A stretch of 64,000 bases of DNA, taken from positions 16,973 through 80,972 of the forward strand of contig JAFYDK010000056.1 in NCBI GenBank assembly GCA_017544805.1, read 5' to 3'. Of the stretch, positions 49,392-58,331 are shown piece after piece (the first letter of the stretch is position 1; every line of letters starts with the position of its first letter). The notes under the pieces were generated by a model. The model saw only the letters and a list, made by a program, of their open reading frames with translations. It made no database searches and was not told the origin of the DNA. The translations under genes were made by a program, and so were the position numbers. This DNA comes from Bacteroidales bacterium. Its GTDB lineage: Bacteria > Bacteroidota > Bacteroidia > Bacteroidales > UBA3824.

Positions 49392-50246
49392 TTAATTGAC
49401 CATTATGATAATTTCTGTTCTGCGGTTCTTCTTTTTGTCGTCGCTGTTTGCATTAGATGCCAGGGGCGAATACATTCCCCTTCCTGAGGCGGTGTATGCC
49501 GTACAAGCAAGCGTACAATTAGCGGCAAAAAAACTTACTACCGCGGCCGAACGTTTTACGCTTAATTCCAAAAGCGTTTTTGCCTGACCGTTGTTGTCTG
49601 TGTTAGAGATAACGTTTATGCGGCTATTAGGATAACCGTCCAAAACGGCTGCGGCTTTTTTTAGAATCGCAGAGCCTTTAACGCTCAGTTCCGTGGTTTG
49701 CGCTTTAAACAAGAAATCATTGCTTAAAGTAATTGTTATGTTAGAGCCTGTAACTTGCGCATAAACATCACTTTGATTGTTGCCTTGAAATTGTTTGTTG
49801 AATGTTGAGGTTATTGCCTCTAATTCTTTTTTTCTGCTATCTGAAACCGTTTTTGCGGAATCCTCTAATGCTGTCTGAACCACCAAAATATTCATAAGAG
49901 AATCAGCCATGCGGCTTTTTTGCGAAAGTTTTTCTTTTTCTTCTTTATAATCGTTGATAGAATTGATAAGGCTTTGATTGAGAGCCTCTTTGTCGCCTGA
50001 GAGTTTTAAGTTTTCTCTGTTAAGACTATCAATCGAAATGTCTTTTGCCGCATTATCTGATTTTAAAGCGTTTGTAGCTGTATTAAAACCGGCAACGGTC
50101 TTGTTGAAAACTTGATTTAAAGAATCTAAAGATTTTTTCCCGTTATAAACGGCTGTGTCGTATTTTTTCTTGCTGACGATACATGAGGACAACATCATGC
50201 CCGTACCAATTAATGCAATTATCAAAAAATTCAGTGTGTTTCTCAT
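49392..50246 (-). CDS. OmpA-family protein with a coiled-coil N-terminal region
   Basis: Lipobox-like MLSSC. The C-terminal OmpA-like motifs are SNTDNNG...LSVKRSAAV...NRRTEI. Confidence 0.7.
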   Translation of the reverse strand: MRNTLNFLIIALIGTGMMLSSCIVSKKKYDTAVYNGKKSLDSLNQVFNKTVAGFNTATNALKSDNAAKDISIDSLNRENLKLSGDKEALNQSLINSINDYKEEKEKLSQKSRMADSLMNILVVQTALEDSAKTVSDSRKKELEAITSTFNKQFQGNNQSDVYAQVTGSNITITLSNDFLFKAQTTELSVKGSAILKKAAAVLDGYPNSRINVISNTDNNGQAKTLLELSVKRSAAVVSFFAANCTLACTAYTASGRGMYSPLASNANSDDKKKNRRTEIIIMVN

Positions 50247-50311
50247 TTCGTTTTAAATAATTTATTTGTCAAAAGTACGTTTTTTTTCTTTGAAAGCCTA
50301 AAATTTTTTAG

Positions 50312-50319
50312 CAAAGATA
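50312..50319 (-). promoter_or_regulatory. Bacteroidota -7 box (TAtcTTTG) for the ompA-like to hflX operon
   Basis: Plus-strand CAAAGATA lies 66 nt upstream of the ATG at 50246. Confidence 0.4.
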
Positions 50320-50331
50320 AATAAAAAATTG

Positions 50332-50339
50332 TAACTTTG
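50332..50339 (+). promoter_or_regulatory. Bacteroidota -7 box (TAacTTTG)
   Basis: TAACTTTG lies 23 nt upstream of the ATG at 50362. Confidence 0.45.
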
Positions 50340-50361
50340 TAACTGAAAAAATACGGTAATT

Positions 50362-51462
50362 ATGAAAAAATCAGAAAAAAGAATATTTCTTACTTTTTTG
50401 TTTTCTGTTTTAACGTTTTTGGGTTATTCGCAAAATATAATTGAGGGCGTTATCACGGATTCAAAAACGGGTGAGGCTATGCCTTTTGTTAATATTGCGG
50501 TGTCGGGTCATGCTGTCGGAACAATTTCTGACCTTAACGGAGAATTTAAAATATCCGTTCCTGATAGCTTTTTAGACAAGGATTTATCTATATCGTCGGT
50601 TGGTTATGCACCCTATACGTGCAAAATTTCTTCGGTTAAGGGTTTAAGACTTGAGGTAAAACTTGAGCCGAGGGATTTAAAAATTTCACAAGTTGTAGTA
50701 ACCGACAAAAGTCAGGCGGGACGAAAAGTTTTAAAAGACTTTTTAGAAAAACTCTCTTCTAATTATATTAACTGCGATTTTGCATATTCAGGCGATTACA
50801 CGGGCATTGTTAAAAAAAACGGAATTGAGAAAAAATCCGTTTATAAATTCAATGCTTATGATTCGCAAGGATATGTTTCAAAAGAGAAATCCCGTGCTTT
50901 TGAAAGTTTGAATTATAAATTTTCTTCCGTTTCAAGAAATTTCAAAGTTGATGATTTTGAAACCGGTGTTAATTTCTTTGATTTAACCTCTTCGTTTGAC
51001 ATTGTAAGATATTCTTTCAACGTGCTTAATCCTTCGTGTTTGAGCAGTTTTGATTTTAAAATCAAAAGTGAAACTTCAGAGGTTTATGTTATAGAATTTA
51101 ATTGCGAGAGTCCCGAACTTATTAATACCGGCGTGTTGAAACCGCAAAAATATTCCGGCGAAATTACTGTTAATAAATCGGATAACGCAATACTTACAGC
51201 TGATTATGTTTTGGAGGTGAAAGATTTTTCACCTCTTGCCTTGACACTTGCTTTAGGAAATCAAGCAAATTCAGCCGTTATAAAATGTTCGGTTTCATAC
51301 GCTAAGACAACGGGAAAATATTCACTTAAATCTATTTCTTCGGTAATTGACATAACTGATTCTGTTAAAGGAAATTATTCGATTATTGATAATCTATCAG
51401 TAGTGAGTGTTAATTATAAAGTTCCGGGTAAAATTTCCGGTAAAGTTTTTTATTCAAGATAA
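50362..51462 (+). CDS. Carboxypeptidase-regulatory-like (CarboxypepD_reg) domain protein
   Basis: Has a signal peptide, then GVITDSKTGEAMPFVNIAV...GTISDLNGEFKISVP, typical of the N-terminal CarboxypepD_reg fold. Confidence 0.6.
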   Translation: MKKSEKRIFLTFLFSVLTFLGYSQNIIEGVITDSKTGEAMPFVNIAVSGHAVGTISDLNGEFKISVPDSFLDKDLSISSVGYAPYTCKISSVKGLRLEVKLEPRDLKISQVVVTDKSQAGRKVLKDFLEKLSSNYINCDFAYSGDYTGIVKKNGIEKKSVYKFNAYDSQGYVSKEKSRAFESLNYKFSSVSRNFKVDDFETGVNFFDLTSSFDIVRYSFNVLNPSCLSSFDFKIKSETSEVYVIEFNCESPELINTGVLKPQKYSGEITVNKSDNAILTADYVLEVKDFSPLALTLALGNQANSAVIKCSVSYAKTTGKYSLKSISSVIDITDSVKGNYSIIDNLSVVSVNYKVPGKISGKVFYSR

Positions 51463-53381
51463 TGAAACGTACTGTATTGGAAATGCTGTCTACGGCAGCA
51501 GAAATTTTTCGGAGTAATATTTATGTATCCGACAAGACTGATAACGGTTGGCAGGGGCTGACTTTTTATCAAGTGGAAAAAAATTCATCTCATTTGGCCT
51601 CAGGTTTTATCTGTGCGGGAGTATCTCAAGGGGATAGAATTGCTATAATTTCAGAGGGGTGCAGCCGTTGGATTGTAACGGAATATGCTATTTTGAAATC
51701 AAGAGCCGTTTCTGTGCCTTTGAGTGTAAAACTTCAGGCGGAGGAACTTATTTTCAGAATGGAACATTCGGGCACAAAATATGTCGTTGTTTCAAAAAAC
51801 TGTTTCCAAAAGGTTCTTCAGATGAAAGAAAAACTCCTTGCCTTGGGAATACGTGTGATTTATCTTGATGCAAAAGATGCTCAATCAGAGCTTTATAAAG
51901 AAGAAATTCCTAATTTGCTTTTTTATGACGACTTGATAAAAGATGGGCAAAGTTATTATCTTGAACATTCAGGCGAATTGACATCAAGAATTTCAAGCAT
52001 CGAGGAGAGTGATGTCGTTACGATTTGTTATACTTCCGGCACTACGGGAAATCCTAAAGGCATAATGCTCACGCATCTTAATTATTGGGCAAATTCTCAT
52101 GATGCCGTTCAGTTTTTCCGTCTTGAAAACAATTTGACGACGCTCGTAATTTTGCCGTTAGACCATTCTTTTGCGCATACGATAGGTTTTTATTGTGCAA
52201 CGCTTTGCAGCATAAAACTTTGTTTTGTGGACGCAAGAGGCGGTCTTAGAAATCAATTAAAAAATATTTTGCCTAATATTCAGGAAGTTGAGCCGGATTT
52301 TATTTTGTCCGTGCCAGCTATTACGGGCAATTTTATGAAGAAGATTAAAGATAGCATTTCGCAAAAAGGCAAATTTACCGATAAATTGTTTCGTCTTGGC
52401 TTGAAGTGCGGAATAACTTATTTTGGCGACGGTTTCAAGAAGCCTTCTGTAATAAAACGTGCTTTGAATTATCCTGTTTACAGCTTTGTTGATAAAATTA
52501 TTTTCAGCAAGATACGTAAAATTTTCGGAAAGAATTTCAAATTTTTTATAGGCGGGGGGGCGATGTTGGAAATCAAACAGCAGCAGTTTTTCAACTGTAT
52601 CGGCTCGCCTGTCATGCAAGGTTACGGACTTTCGGAGGCCTCGCCGATAATTAGCGTTAATCAACGGCACAGACATAGATTCGGATCTTCTGGCGGCGTA
52701 CTTTCGGGTATAGACTGCAAAATTATGAATTCCGAGGGTAAAGAATTGCCGCAAGGAGAAAAAGGTTATATCACGATTAAGGGGCTTAACGTGATGAAAG
52801 GTTATTTTAATAATCAAAAAGCTACCGATGAGGTTATTTCTTCGGATGGTTATCTTAATACGGGTGATTTAGGATTTATTGACAAGGACGGATTTTTGTA
52901 TGTTACGGGCAGAGAAAAGGCTTTGCTGATAAGTGCTGACGGCGAAAAATATTCACCCGAGGAAATCGAAGATGCTATCGTTAATTGTTCCGAATTTATT
53001 TATCAATGCGTTTTGTATAACGATCACAACAAATACACTTCGGCTTTGATTACACTTGATAAGCAAAGGATAAAGAATTATGCTTTAGCGCATAAAATAA
53101 CCTCAAGTGAAAAAATGCTTGAAGTCTTGAAACGCTCGTTTTATAATTTTACGAGGGATTCTGCTTATAAAAATAGTTTTCCTACGCAGTGGATACCTTC
53201 GGTTTTTAATATTGTGGAAGAAGAATTTTCTCAACAAAATCAAATGGTGAATTCCACGATGAAAATTGTCAGGTTCAAGGTTATACAAAATTATAAAAGT
53301 GTTATTGAAAAAATGTACACCAAAGACGGAAAAAACGATTGTACGGAAAATTTGGCGATTTTGGAGAGAATTATTAAATGA
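51462..53381 (+). CDS. AMP-dependent synthetase / long-chain fatty-acid-CoA ligase
   Basis: YTSGTTGNPKG, GYGLSE(A)SP and TGDLG motifs. A TAATG overlap joins it to the upstream gene. Confidence 0.85.
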   Translation: MKRTVLEMLSTAAEIFRSNIYVSDKTDNGWQGLTFYQVEKNSSHLASGFICAGVSQGDRIAIISEGCSRWIVTEYAILKSRAVSVPLSVKLQAEELIFRMEHSGTKYVVVSKNCFQKVLQMKEKLLALGIRVIYLDAKDAQSELYKEEIPNLLFYDDLIKDGQSYYLEHSGELTSRISSIEESDVVTICYTSGTTGNPKGIMLTHLNYWANSHDAVQFFRLENNLTTLVILPLDHSFAHTIGFYCATLCSIKLCFVDARGGLRNQLKNILPNIQEVEPDFILSVPAITGNFMKKIKDSISQKGKFTDKLFRLGLKCGITYFGDGFKKPSVIKRALNYPVYSFVDKIIFSKIRKIFGKNFKFFIGGGAMLEIKQQQFFNCIGSPVMQGYGLSEASPIISVNQRHRHRFGSSGGVLSGIDCKIMNSEGKELPQGEKGYITIKGLNVMKGYFNNQKATDEVISSDGYLNTGDLGFIDKDGFLYVTGREKALLISADGEKYSPEEIEDAIVNCSEFIYQCVLYNDHNKYTSALITLDKQRIKNYALAHKITSSEKMLEVLKRSFYNFTRDSAYKNSFPTQWIPSVFNIVEEEFSQQNQMVNSTMKIVRFKVIQNYKSVIEKMYTKDGKNDCTENLAILERIIK

Positions 53382-53434
53382 GAAAATTTTTAATAAAAAA
53401 CTTAAAATTAATTTGAAATACAGTAAATTGTTTT

Positions 53435-53442
53435 TATATTTG
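53435..53442 (+). promoter_or_regulatory. Bacteroidota -7 box (TAtaTTTG)
   Basis: TATATTTG lies 61 nt upstream of the ATG at 53503. Confidence 0.4.
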
Positions 53443-53502
53443 CAAAAATAAAAATGTAAGAGGTTTTAATTGATTTGAAACTTCTTTCGAAAATAAACTG
53501 CT

Positions 53503-53892
53503 ATGGATCATATAATTAGTGCGGGAAATATGAAAACACCGTGGGTTAATTTGAATCCTCAAATCGGTGTTGTGGAGCTCGGCGGACGTTCTATCCCCGA
53601 AAATACTGAAAGTGTATACAGACCGCTTATTGAGTGGGTTGAAGAATATATCAAGACACCGCAGGAAAAAACTACGGTCAGAATTAATTTTGAGTATTTT
53701 AATTCGAGTTCAGCAAAATACTTAGTGAGATTTTTGGAGTATTTTAGTACGCTGAAAAAATCGGGTTATGAGGTTGAAGTCTTTTGGTATTACGATGATG
53801 ACGAATTGTTGGAATACGGCGAAGATTTTCAAGATGTACTTGAAATGCACTTTAATTTCTTGTCTTCTAAGGAATTTAAGAAGAGTCAATAG
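53503..53892 (+). CDS. DUF1987 (SiaC-like) partner-switch protein
   Basis: 129 aa. TPWVNLNPQIGVVELGGRSIPEN...YRPLIEWVEEY...INFEYFNSSSAKYL...VFWYYDDDE matches the DUF1987 pattern, including the Ser/Thr-rich FN(S/T)SS segment. Confidence 0.7.
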   Translation: MDHIISAGNMKTPWVNLNPQIGVVELGGRSIPENTESVYRPLIEWVEEYIKTPQEKTTVRINFEYFNSSSAKYLVRFLEYFSTLKKSGYEVEVFWYYDDDELLEYGEDFQDVLEMHFNFLSSKEFKKSQ

Positions 53893-53936
53893 TTTCTTTT
53901 AGATATGTAGAAAAAGCATATAAATTATTTTTTTTG

Positions 53937-53977
53937 CCTGATTTGCCGGAAGTTCTTTTGGCATTTCAGGTTTTTTT
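53937..53977 (+). terminator. Terminator-like hairpin after the DUF1987 gene
   Basis: CCTGATTTGCC (53937-53947) pairs with GGCATTTCAGG (53960-53970) with a 2-nt internal mismatch, followed by T7. Confidence 0.5.
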
Positions 53978-54009
53978 ATTATTTTTCGGGCATAAAAATA
54001 ATAAATGTT

Positions 54010-56604
54010 ATGAAAAATCTTCAGACAGAGCATATTTTAGTGAAACAGAACGCTTTGAACGCTCTTATTAATGCAAATGTAACCGAAAATCGCCGTTATG
54101 CTAATATAAAAGCGGCTCTTTTGAATAGTGCTGCCGTTTGTCCTTTGCCTTCGGGGTTTTCGATCGGGGATTTCCGTCAAAAACTTCTTTCGTACTTAAA
54201 AGATACGCTTTCGATTGATACACGGGAAGAAATTTTGGGCGGTGATGTTTATTCGTATCAGTTTTCGCCTATCGGATTGGGGCTGATGAAAAAAACTGTT
54301 ATTTTTACCGTTTTGGATTCGCATCTTTATATTAACGTTGTTCCGCTCAAGGAAATCGAAAATTTGAATTATACTTCAGGTGTTTTTTCTGATTTGCTTA
54401 ATTCTCTGAAAAATGTTGATGTTTTTTCTTTTGCTCAGGAGTATATTTTGAGTTTGTACCCTGTAGAAACTGTTAAAACCGTACAGCCAGAGGGGCGTTA
54501 TTTCTTTTCTTCAACGCCTGCACTGCCAACTGTTTTGGCATCTCACATTGAGGAGCAGGAAAAAATATTAGCAAAACTTGATATTTATAAAGTCGAAAAA
54601 ACAAAGTTGAATATTGAGGTTTCGGAATCGGATTTAATTTTTTATGTTTTAACGACTTTGGGAAGTTATCTTTTTGTTACCGATAAAAATTCTCAAGAAA
54701 AATATATCGAAAATCTTACCGGTATTCCTATGAATGTTCAGAGCCGTATCGGCAGAGATACCGTTACGGTAGGTCAGACAAAATGGATTACGATGCGTGA
54801 TAACGATTTTTTGTTTGATGAAATTTCTTCGCTCAACGATAAATCAAAAGAAGAAAAAATTTGGGGCATTGCATCGGAGAGTTTCAATAAGTCTGAAACT
54901 AAAGACGAAAAAATGTATTCGGCTAATTTGATTTCTCTATATCATAATCTGACGGGAAAACTTTTTGATAAATTCGTATCCTCTTTCATAAAGTATTGTG
55001 CCTTATTAGGTTCGGAAAATGTTTCGCAAGCGGGCGTAGAGGTTATTGAAAGCGCAAATTCGCTTTTTTCGGAAACGGAATTTGAGCCGGGTCTGAAAAA
55101 ACTTTTAACCTCTTTTGAATTTTCTTCCGACGAAATTTCATCTTTGATTTTTGTGCTTTTGAGGGTTAAAAACAGAATTTCAGATGTACAATCTTTTAAG
55201 GAGGCGTTGATGCTTTTGAAAGAAAAGTTGTTTAAACTTGATAATTCTAACATTAACAGAGCTTTTACGGAAATTTGTATTGCTTGCAAATTCAATAATT
55301 TAGGCGAACATAAGGCAGCTTTTACGCTTTTGGAGGATGCTCTTGAAAAACTTCCCGATATGGTGGAGCCCAAATATTTGCCTATAGAAAACTCAACTCC
55401 CGGTGATAAATTTTCGACCTCTGCGCTTTATACTATTGCTTTGGAGGAAATTTTCAAAACTTGTCAATCTGATAAGGATAGATTGCGTTATTCAAAATTA
55501 TCTGTATTGGATAAGCCGTTGATTATAAAAAATATGGAAGTTTTATCTAAATATTTGGTTAAGGATAATTTTCAAATACGTTTTTTTAACGCCATGTCGA
55601 TTTTTGATGTGGAAAAATTTAATAGTTTTTCGTCTTTGTCGGATTATAGTTTTACTTGTCAGTTTAAAGCCTTGCCGGAGAAAAAATATGCGCCGGAATT
55701 GTTTAAACCTATGCCATACAGCTCTTTGAAGGATTATTTGGCAAAAATTATCCCTGACCAGAGTATTTCTTCTATTCGTCAATATGCCGAAAAAATTACG
55801 AAAGAGAATTTTCCTCAGTTGGATTCTATGATTGAGTGTTGTAGAAAATGTTTTGAAATGCCTGAGGTTGAGGTTTTTGCAATAAAAGGCAGAAATCAGG
55901 GATTTTTCTCTAACGATGACGGTCAGGAAAAATACATTATTATCGACGCTGAGATGTTGGAAGAGGAAGGCGAAAATTCTTTGAATTATCCTGAAATGAT
56001 TTTTCTGATTTCAAAGGAATTTTACTTGTTGAAATCGGGATTTTCAAAACTTACCTCACATGGGCAATTCAGATATTTTGACGTTTTGGGACGCTCTTCG
56101 ATTGATATAATTTCGCAGTATGCACCGAATCCTTCTTTTATTTTCCAAAATGTTAAAGACTATGCTAAATTAATGAAATTTAGTGAGTTGATGTATAACG
56201 AGCCTGAATATTTGAATTTTGATGTTACGGATTATGAACTCTCAGCGGAACTTTTGAAATCGACTTTGGAGGCTTTGGATTTTAAGTCTGTTAATAAACC
56301 TAATAATCAAAAAGAAAAAGAATTTGAAGCACTTTCGCTTTTAATTGATATTATTTCGGATAGGGTAGGGCTTTTGATGTCGAATAATATTGTTTATTCG
56401 GTAACTGCCATTATAAAAAATGATAAATATATCAAGGGCGGAATGGAATTTTTGAAGACGGATACGGCCGTTTCTCTTGCTTTGGCGCGTTCTTCGGATT
56501 CAAAAGTGTTGAATAAAACATTTTCGATGCGTTTGAGTGCTCTTGTAAGTTTTTATTTATCAGATGAATACGAACAATTGCAAAAAGTTTTACGAAAAAA
56601 GTAA
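54010..56604 (+). CDS. Hypothetical large cytoplasmic protein (864 aa)
   Basis: Long uninterrupted ORF with no signal peptide or TM helix and a helical-repeat-like middle. I cannot identify a catalytic motif. Confidence 0.6.
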   Translation: MKNLQTEHILVKQNALNALINANVTENRRYANIKAALLNSAAVCPLPSGFSIGDFRQKLLSYLKDTLSIDTREEILGGDVYSYQFSPIGLGLMKKTVIFTVLDSHLYINVVPLKEIENLNYTSGVFSDLLNSLKNVDVFSFAQEYILSLYPVETVKTVQPEGRYFFSSTPALPTVLASHIEEQEKILAKLDIYKVEKTKLNIEVSESDLIFYVLTTLGSYLFVTDKNSQEKYIENLTGIPMNVQSRIGRDTVTVGQTKWITMRDNDFLFDEISSLNDKSKEEKIWGIASESFNKSETKDEKMYSANLISLYHNLTGKLFDKFVSSFIKYCALLGSENVSQAGVEVIESANSLFSETEFEPGLKKLLTSFEFSSDEISSLIFVLLRVKNRISDVQSFKEALMLLKEKLFKLDNSNINRAFTEICIACKFNNLGEHKAAFTLLEDALEKLPDMVEPKYLPIENSTPGDKFSTSALYTIALEEIFKTCQSDKDRLRYSKLSVLDKPLIIKNMEVLSKYLVKDNFQIRFFNAMSIFDVEKFNSFSSLSDYSFTCQFKALPEKKYAPELFKPMPYSSLKDYLAKIIPDQSISSIRQYAEKITKENFPQLDSMIECCRKCFEMPEVEVFAIKGRNQGFFSNDDGQEKYIIIDAEMLEEEGENSLNYPEMIFLISKEFYLLKSGFSKLTSHGQFRYFDVLGRSSIDIISQYAPNPSFIFQNVKDYAKLMKFSELMYNEPEYLNFDVTDYELSAELLKSTLEALDFKSVNKPNNQKEKEFEALSLLIDIISDRVGLLMSNNIVYSVTAIIKNDKYIKGGMEFLKTDTAVSLALARSSDSKVLNKTFSMRLSALVSFYLSDEYEQLQKVLRKK

Positions 56605-56646
56605 AAAAAAGTGCTTTAAAATTTTGTAGAATTAAAAAAATGTACT

Positions 56647-56654
56647 TACCTTTG
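56647..56654 (+). promoter_or_regulatory. Bacteroidota -7 box (TAccTTTG) upstream of tRNA-Glu
   Basis: TACCTTTG lies 63 nt upstream of the tRNA 5' end. Confidence 0.35.
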
Positions 56655-56716
56655 CAGTGCAAAAACAAAAGGTTTTGCGACATAGTATTGAGTTTATTTA
56701 AAAGGGTTATATGGAC

Positions 56717-56788
56717 GGTCCTTTCGTCTAGCGGCTAGGACGCAAGATTTTCATTCTTGTAACACGGGTTCGATTCCCGTAGGGACTA
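56717..56788 (+). tRNA. tRNA-Glu (anticodon UUC)
   Basis: The 72-nt cloverleaf was folded by hand: acceptor GGTCCTT/AGGGACT (two G-U pairs), D arm GTCT-AGCGGCTA-GGAC, anticodon arm CAAGA-TTTTCAT-TCTTG, T arm ACGGG-TTCGATT-CCCGT. CCA is not encoded. Confidence 0.9.
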
Positions 56789-56793
56789 CGAAA

Positions 56794-56827
56794 AGGTTGG
56801 AACTAAAATAGTTTCAACCTTTTTTTG
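56794..56827 (+). terminator. Intrinsic terminator after tRNA-Glu
   Basis: AGGTTGGAAC (56794-56803) pairs with GTTTCAACCT (56811-56820) with one G-U pair, followed by T6. Confidence 0.8.
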
Positions 56828-56854
56828 TATTTAGAAACTTTTTGTAAAAAGAAA

Positions 56855-57493
56855 ATGTGGAATATTGACGAATATATTGAAAATCACACTACTGAGGAAG
56901 ATCAAGTGCTTTCTTGGTTGAGACGTAAAACTTATCTTACAACAACTATGCCCCGTCAGTTGTCTGGACGTGTGCAAGGTAAACTTCTTGAAATGTTTTC
57001 CCGTATGATAAATCCTGAGAATATCCTTGAAATAGGAACTTTTACGGGTTATTCAGCGTATTGCTTAACCAAAGGTCTTAAAGCGGGTGGAAAATTGCAT
57101 ACAATAGAGGTTAAAGACGAATTGGAGGATCATCTTAATGATTTCTTTTCGCGTGCCGGAATCTTAGACAAAGTTGTTTTGCATATCGGCGACGGAGCGC
57201 AAATCGTAAAAGAATTTAGCGATTCTATGTTCGATATGGTTTTTATTGACGGAGATAAGCGTCAGTATCCTGAATATTACGAAAATGTTTTTCCGAAGGT
57301 TAAAATCGGCGGTTATATCTTGATTGATAATGTTTTGTGGTATGATAAAGTAATTTCCGAGGTTAAAAACAATGATCCTTATACTTTAGGTATTATAAAA
57401 CTTAACGATATGGTTCAGGCGGATAACCGTGTTGAAAACGTTTTAGTGCCTATTCGTGATGGTCTTACCCTCGCAAGAAAAATTTCTGATTAG
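56855..57493 (+). CDS. Class I SAM-dependent O-methyltransferase (family 3, caffeoyl-CoA OMT/TrmR-like)
   Basis: LEIGTFTGYSA (SAM motif I), FIDGDK and LIDNVLW. I prefer the ATG at 56855 because the longer ORF would start inside the tRNA terminator. Confidence 0.8.
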   Translation: MWNIDEYIENHTTEEDQVLSWLRRKTYLTTTMPRQLSGRVQGKLLEMFSRMINPENILEIGTFTGYSAYCLTKGLKAGGKLHTIEVKDELEDHLNDFFSRAGILDKVVLHIGDGAQIVKEFSDSMFDMVFIDGDKRQYPEYYENVFPKVKIGGYILIDNVLWYDKVISEVKNNDPYTLGIIKLNDMVQADNRVENVLVPIRDGLTLARKISD

Positions 57494-57498
57494 CGGTG

Positions 57499-58275
57499 AT
57501 GAAAAAGTCTTTTATCGTTATATTTTTGTTGTTTTCGGCTGTTTTGCTTTTTGGCGTTAAGACCACTTACGCTCAAGAGCAGGACAGTTTAACGCAAGAT
57601 ATTTACGCTTTTGACATTCCTCTTCCTTTAAAAGACACTCCCGAGCAAATTCTTTATCGAAAAGGTTATATAGTTTCTTATAATCAGGAACATAAAATTC
57701 CGAATTGGGTTGCATGGCATTTAACGAAGGAGCATACTTTGGGAATTCTTAAACGTCCTTCTAACGCTTGGCATGAGGATACGCAAGTGCCTAAACCACG
57801 TGCCGTTAATAATGATTACCGTAATAGTGGCTGGACACGCGGTCATCTTTGTCCGGCGGGGGATTGTAAATGGGATTCTGTTGTTATGTACGAGAGTTTT
57901 CTTTTTACTAACGCCTGCCCTCAGCACGCAAAACTCAACAGCGGAGATTGGAACGAAATTGAAAAAGCTTGCAGAACATGGGCGCAAAAATTCGGCGATA
58001 TTTATATCGTTTCTGGCCCTATACTTTTCAAACAAGAGCATTTAACGATAGGAGAAAATAATGTTACAGTCCCTGAGGCGTTTTTTAAGGTTGTTGTCTG
58101 TCTTAACGGTAAACCTAAAGGTATAGGTTTTATTTGCAGAAATTCTGAAGGAAACCGCACTAAGGATTTTTATCTTAACAGTATTTCTCAAATTGAGCGT
58201 ATTACAGGCATTACATTTTTCCCAAATCTTCCCTTGGAAATCAAGACAGATTATTCTCTTTCTGATTGGGAATAA
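57499..58275 (+). CDS. Secreted DNA/RNA non-specific endonuclease (NucA/Endo G family)
   Basis: Has a signal peptide. SGWTRGHLCPAGD (catalytic RGH) and NACPQ...LNSGDW motifs. Confidence 0.85.
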   Translation: MKKSFIVIFLLFSAVLLFGVKTTYAQEQDSLTQDIYAFDIPLPLKDTPEQILYRKGYIVSYNQEHKIPNWVAWHLTKEHTLGILKRPSNAWHEDTQVPKPRAVNNDYRNSGWTRGHLCPAGDCKWDSVVMYESFLFTNACPQHAKLNSGDWNEIEKACRTWAQKFGDIYIVSGPILFKQEHLTIGENNVTVPEAFFKVVVCLNGKPKGIGFICRNSEGNRTKDFYLNSISQIERITGITFFPNLPLEIKTDYSLSDWE

Positions 58276-58277
58276 AA

Positions 58278-58308
58278 AATGCGTTAAAGTCTTGTTCTTT
58301 AACGCATT
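58278..58308. terminator. Hairpin between the convergent nuclease and KAS genes
   Basis: AATGCGTTAAAG (58278-58289) pairs with CTTTAACGCATT (58297-58308). The U-tracts are weak. Confidence 0.5.
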
Positions 58309-58331
58309 AATATAAATCATTGAAAGCTTTT

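Noticed and set aside
52554-52560. G7 homopolymer inside the acyl-CoA ligase gene as a phase-variation switch
   Set aside because: The tract encodes the in-frame GGG of FIGGGAM, which is part of a conserved region. It is shorter than typical contingency tracts, and the gene is intact. It is unusual for a low-GC genome but not evidence of switching.
56605-56716. tRNA-Glu as an integration hotspot with an adjacent island
   Set aside because: There is no direct repeat of the tRNA 3' end, no integrase and no compositional break downstream. The next genes (methyltransferase, nuclease) look native.
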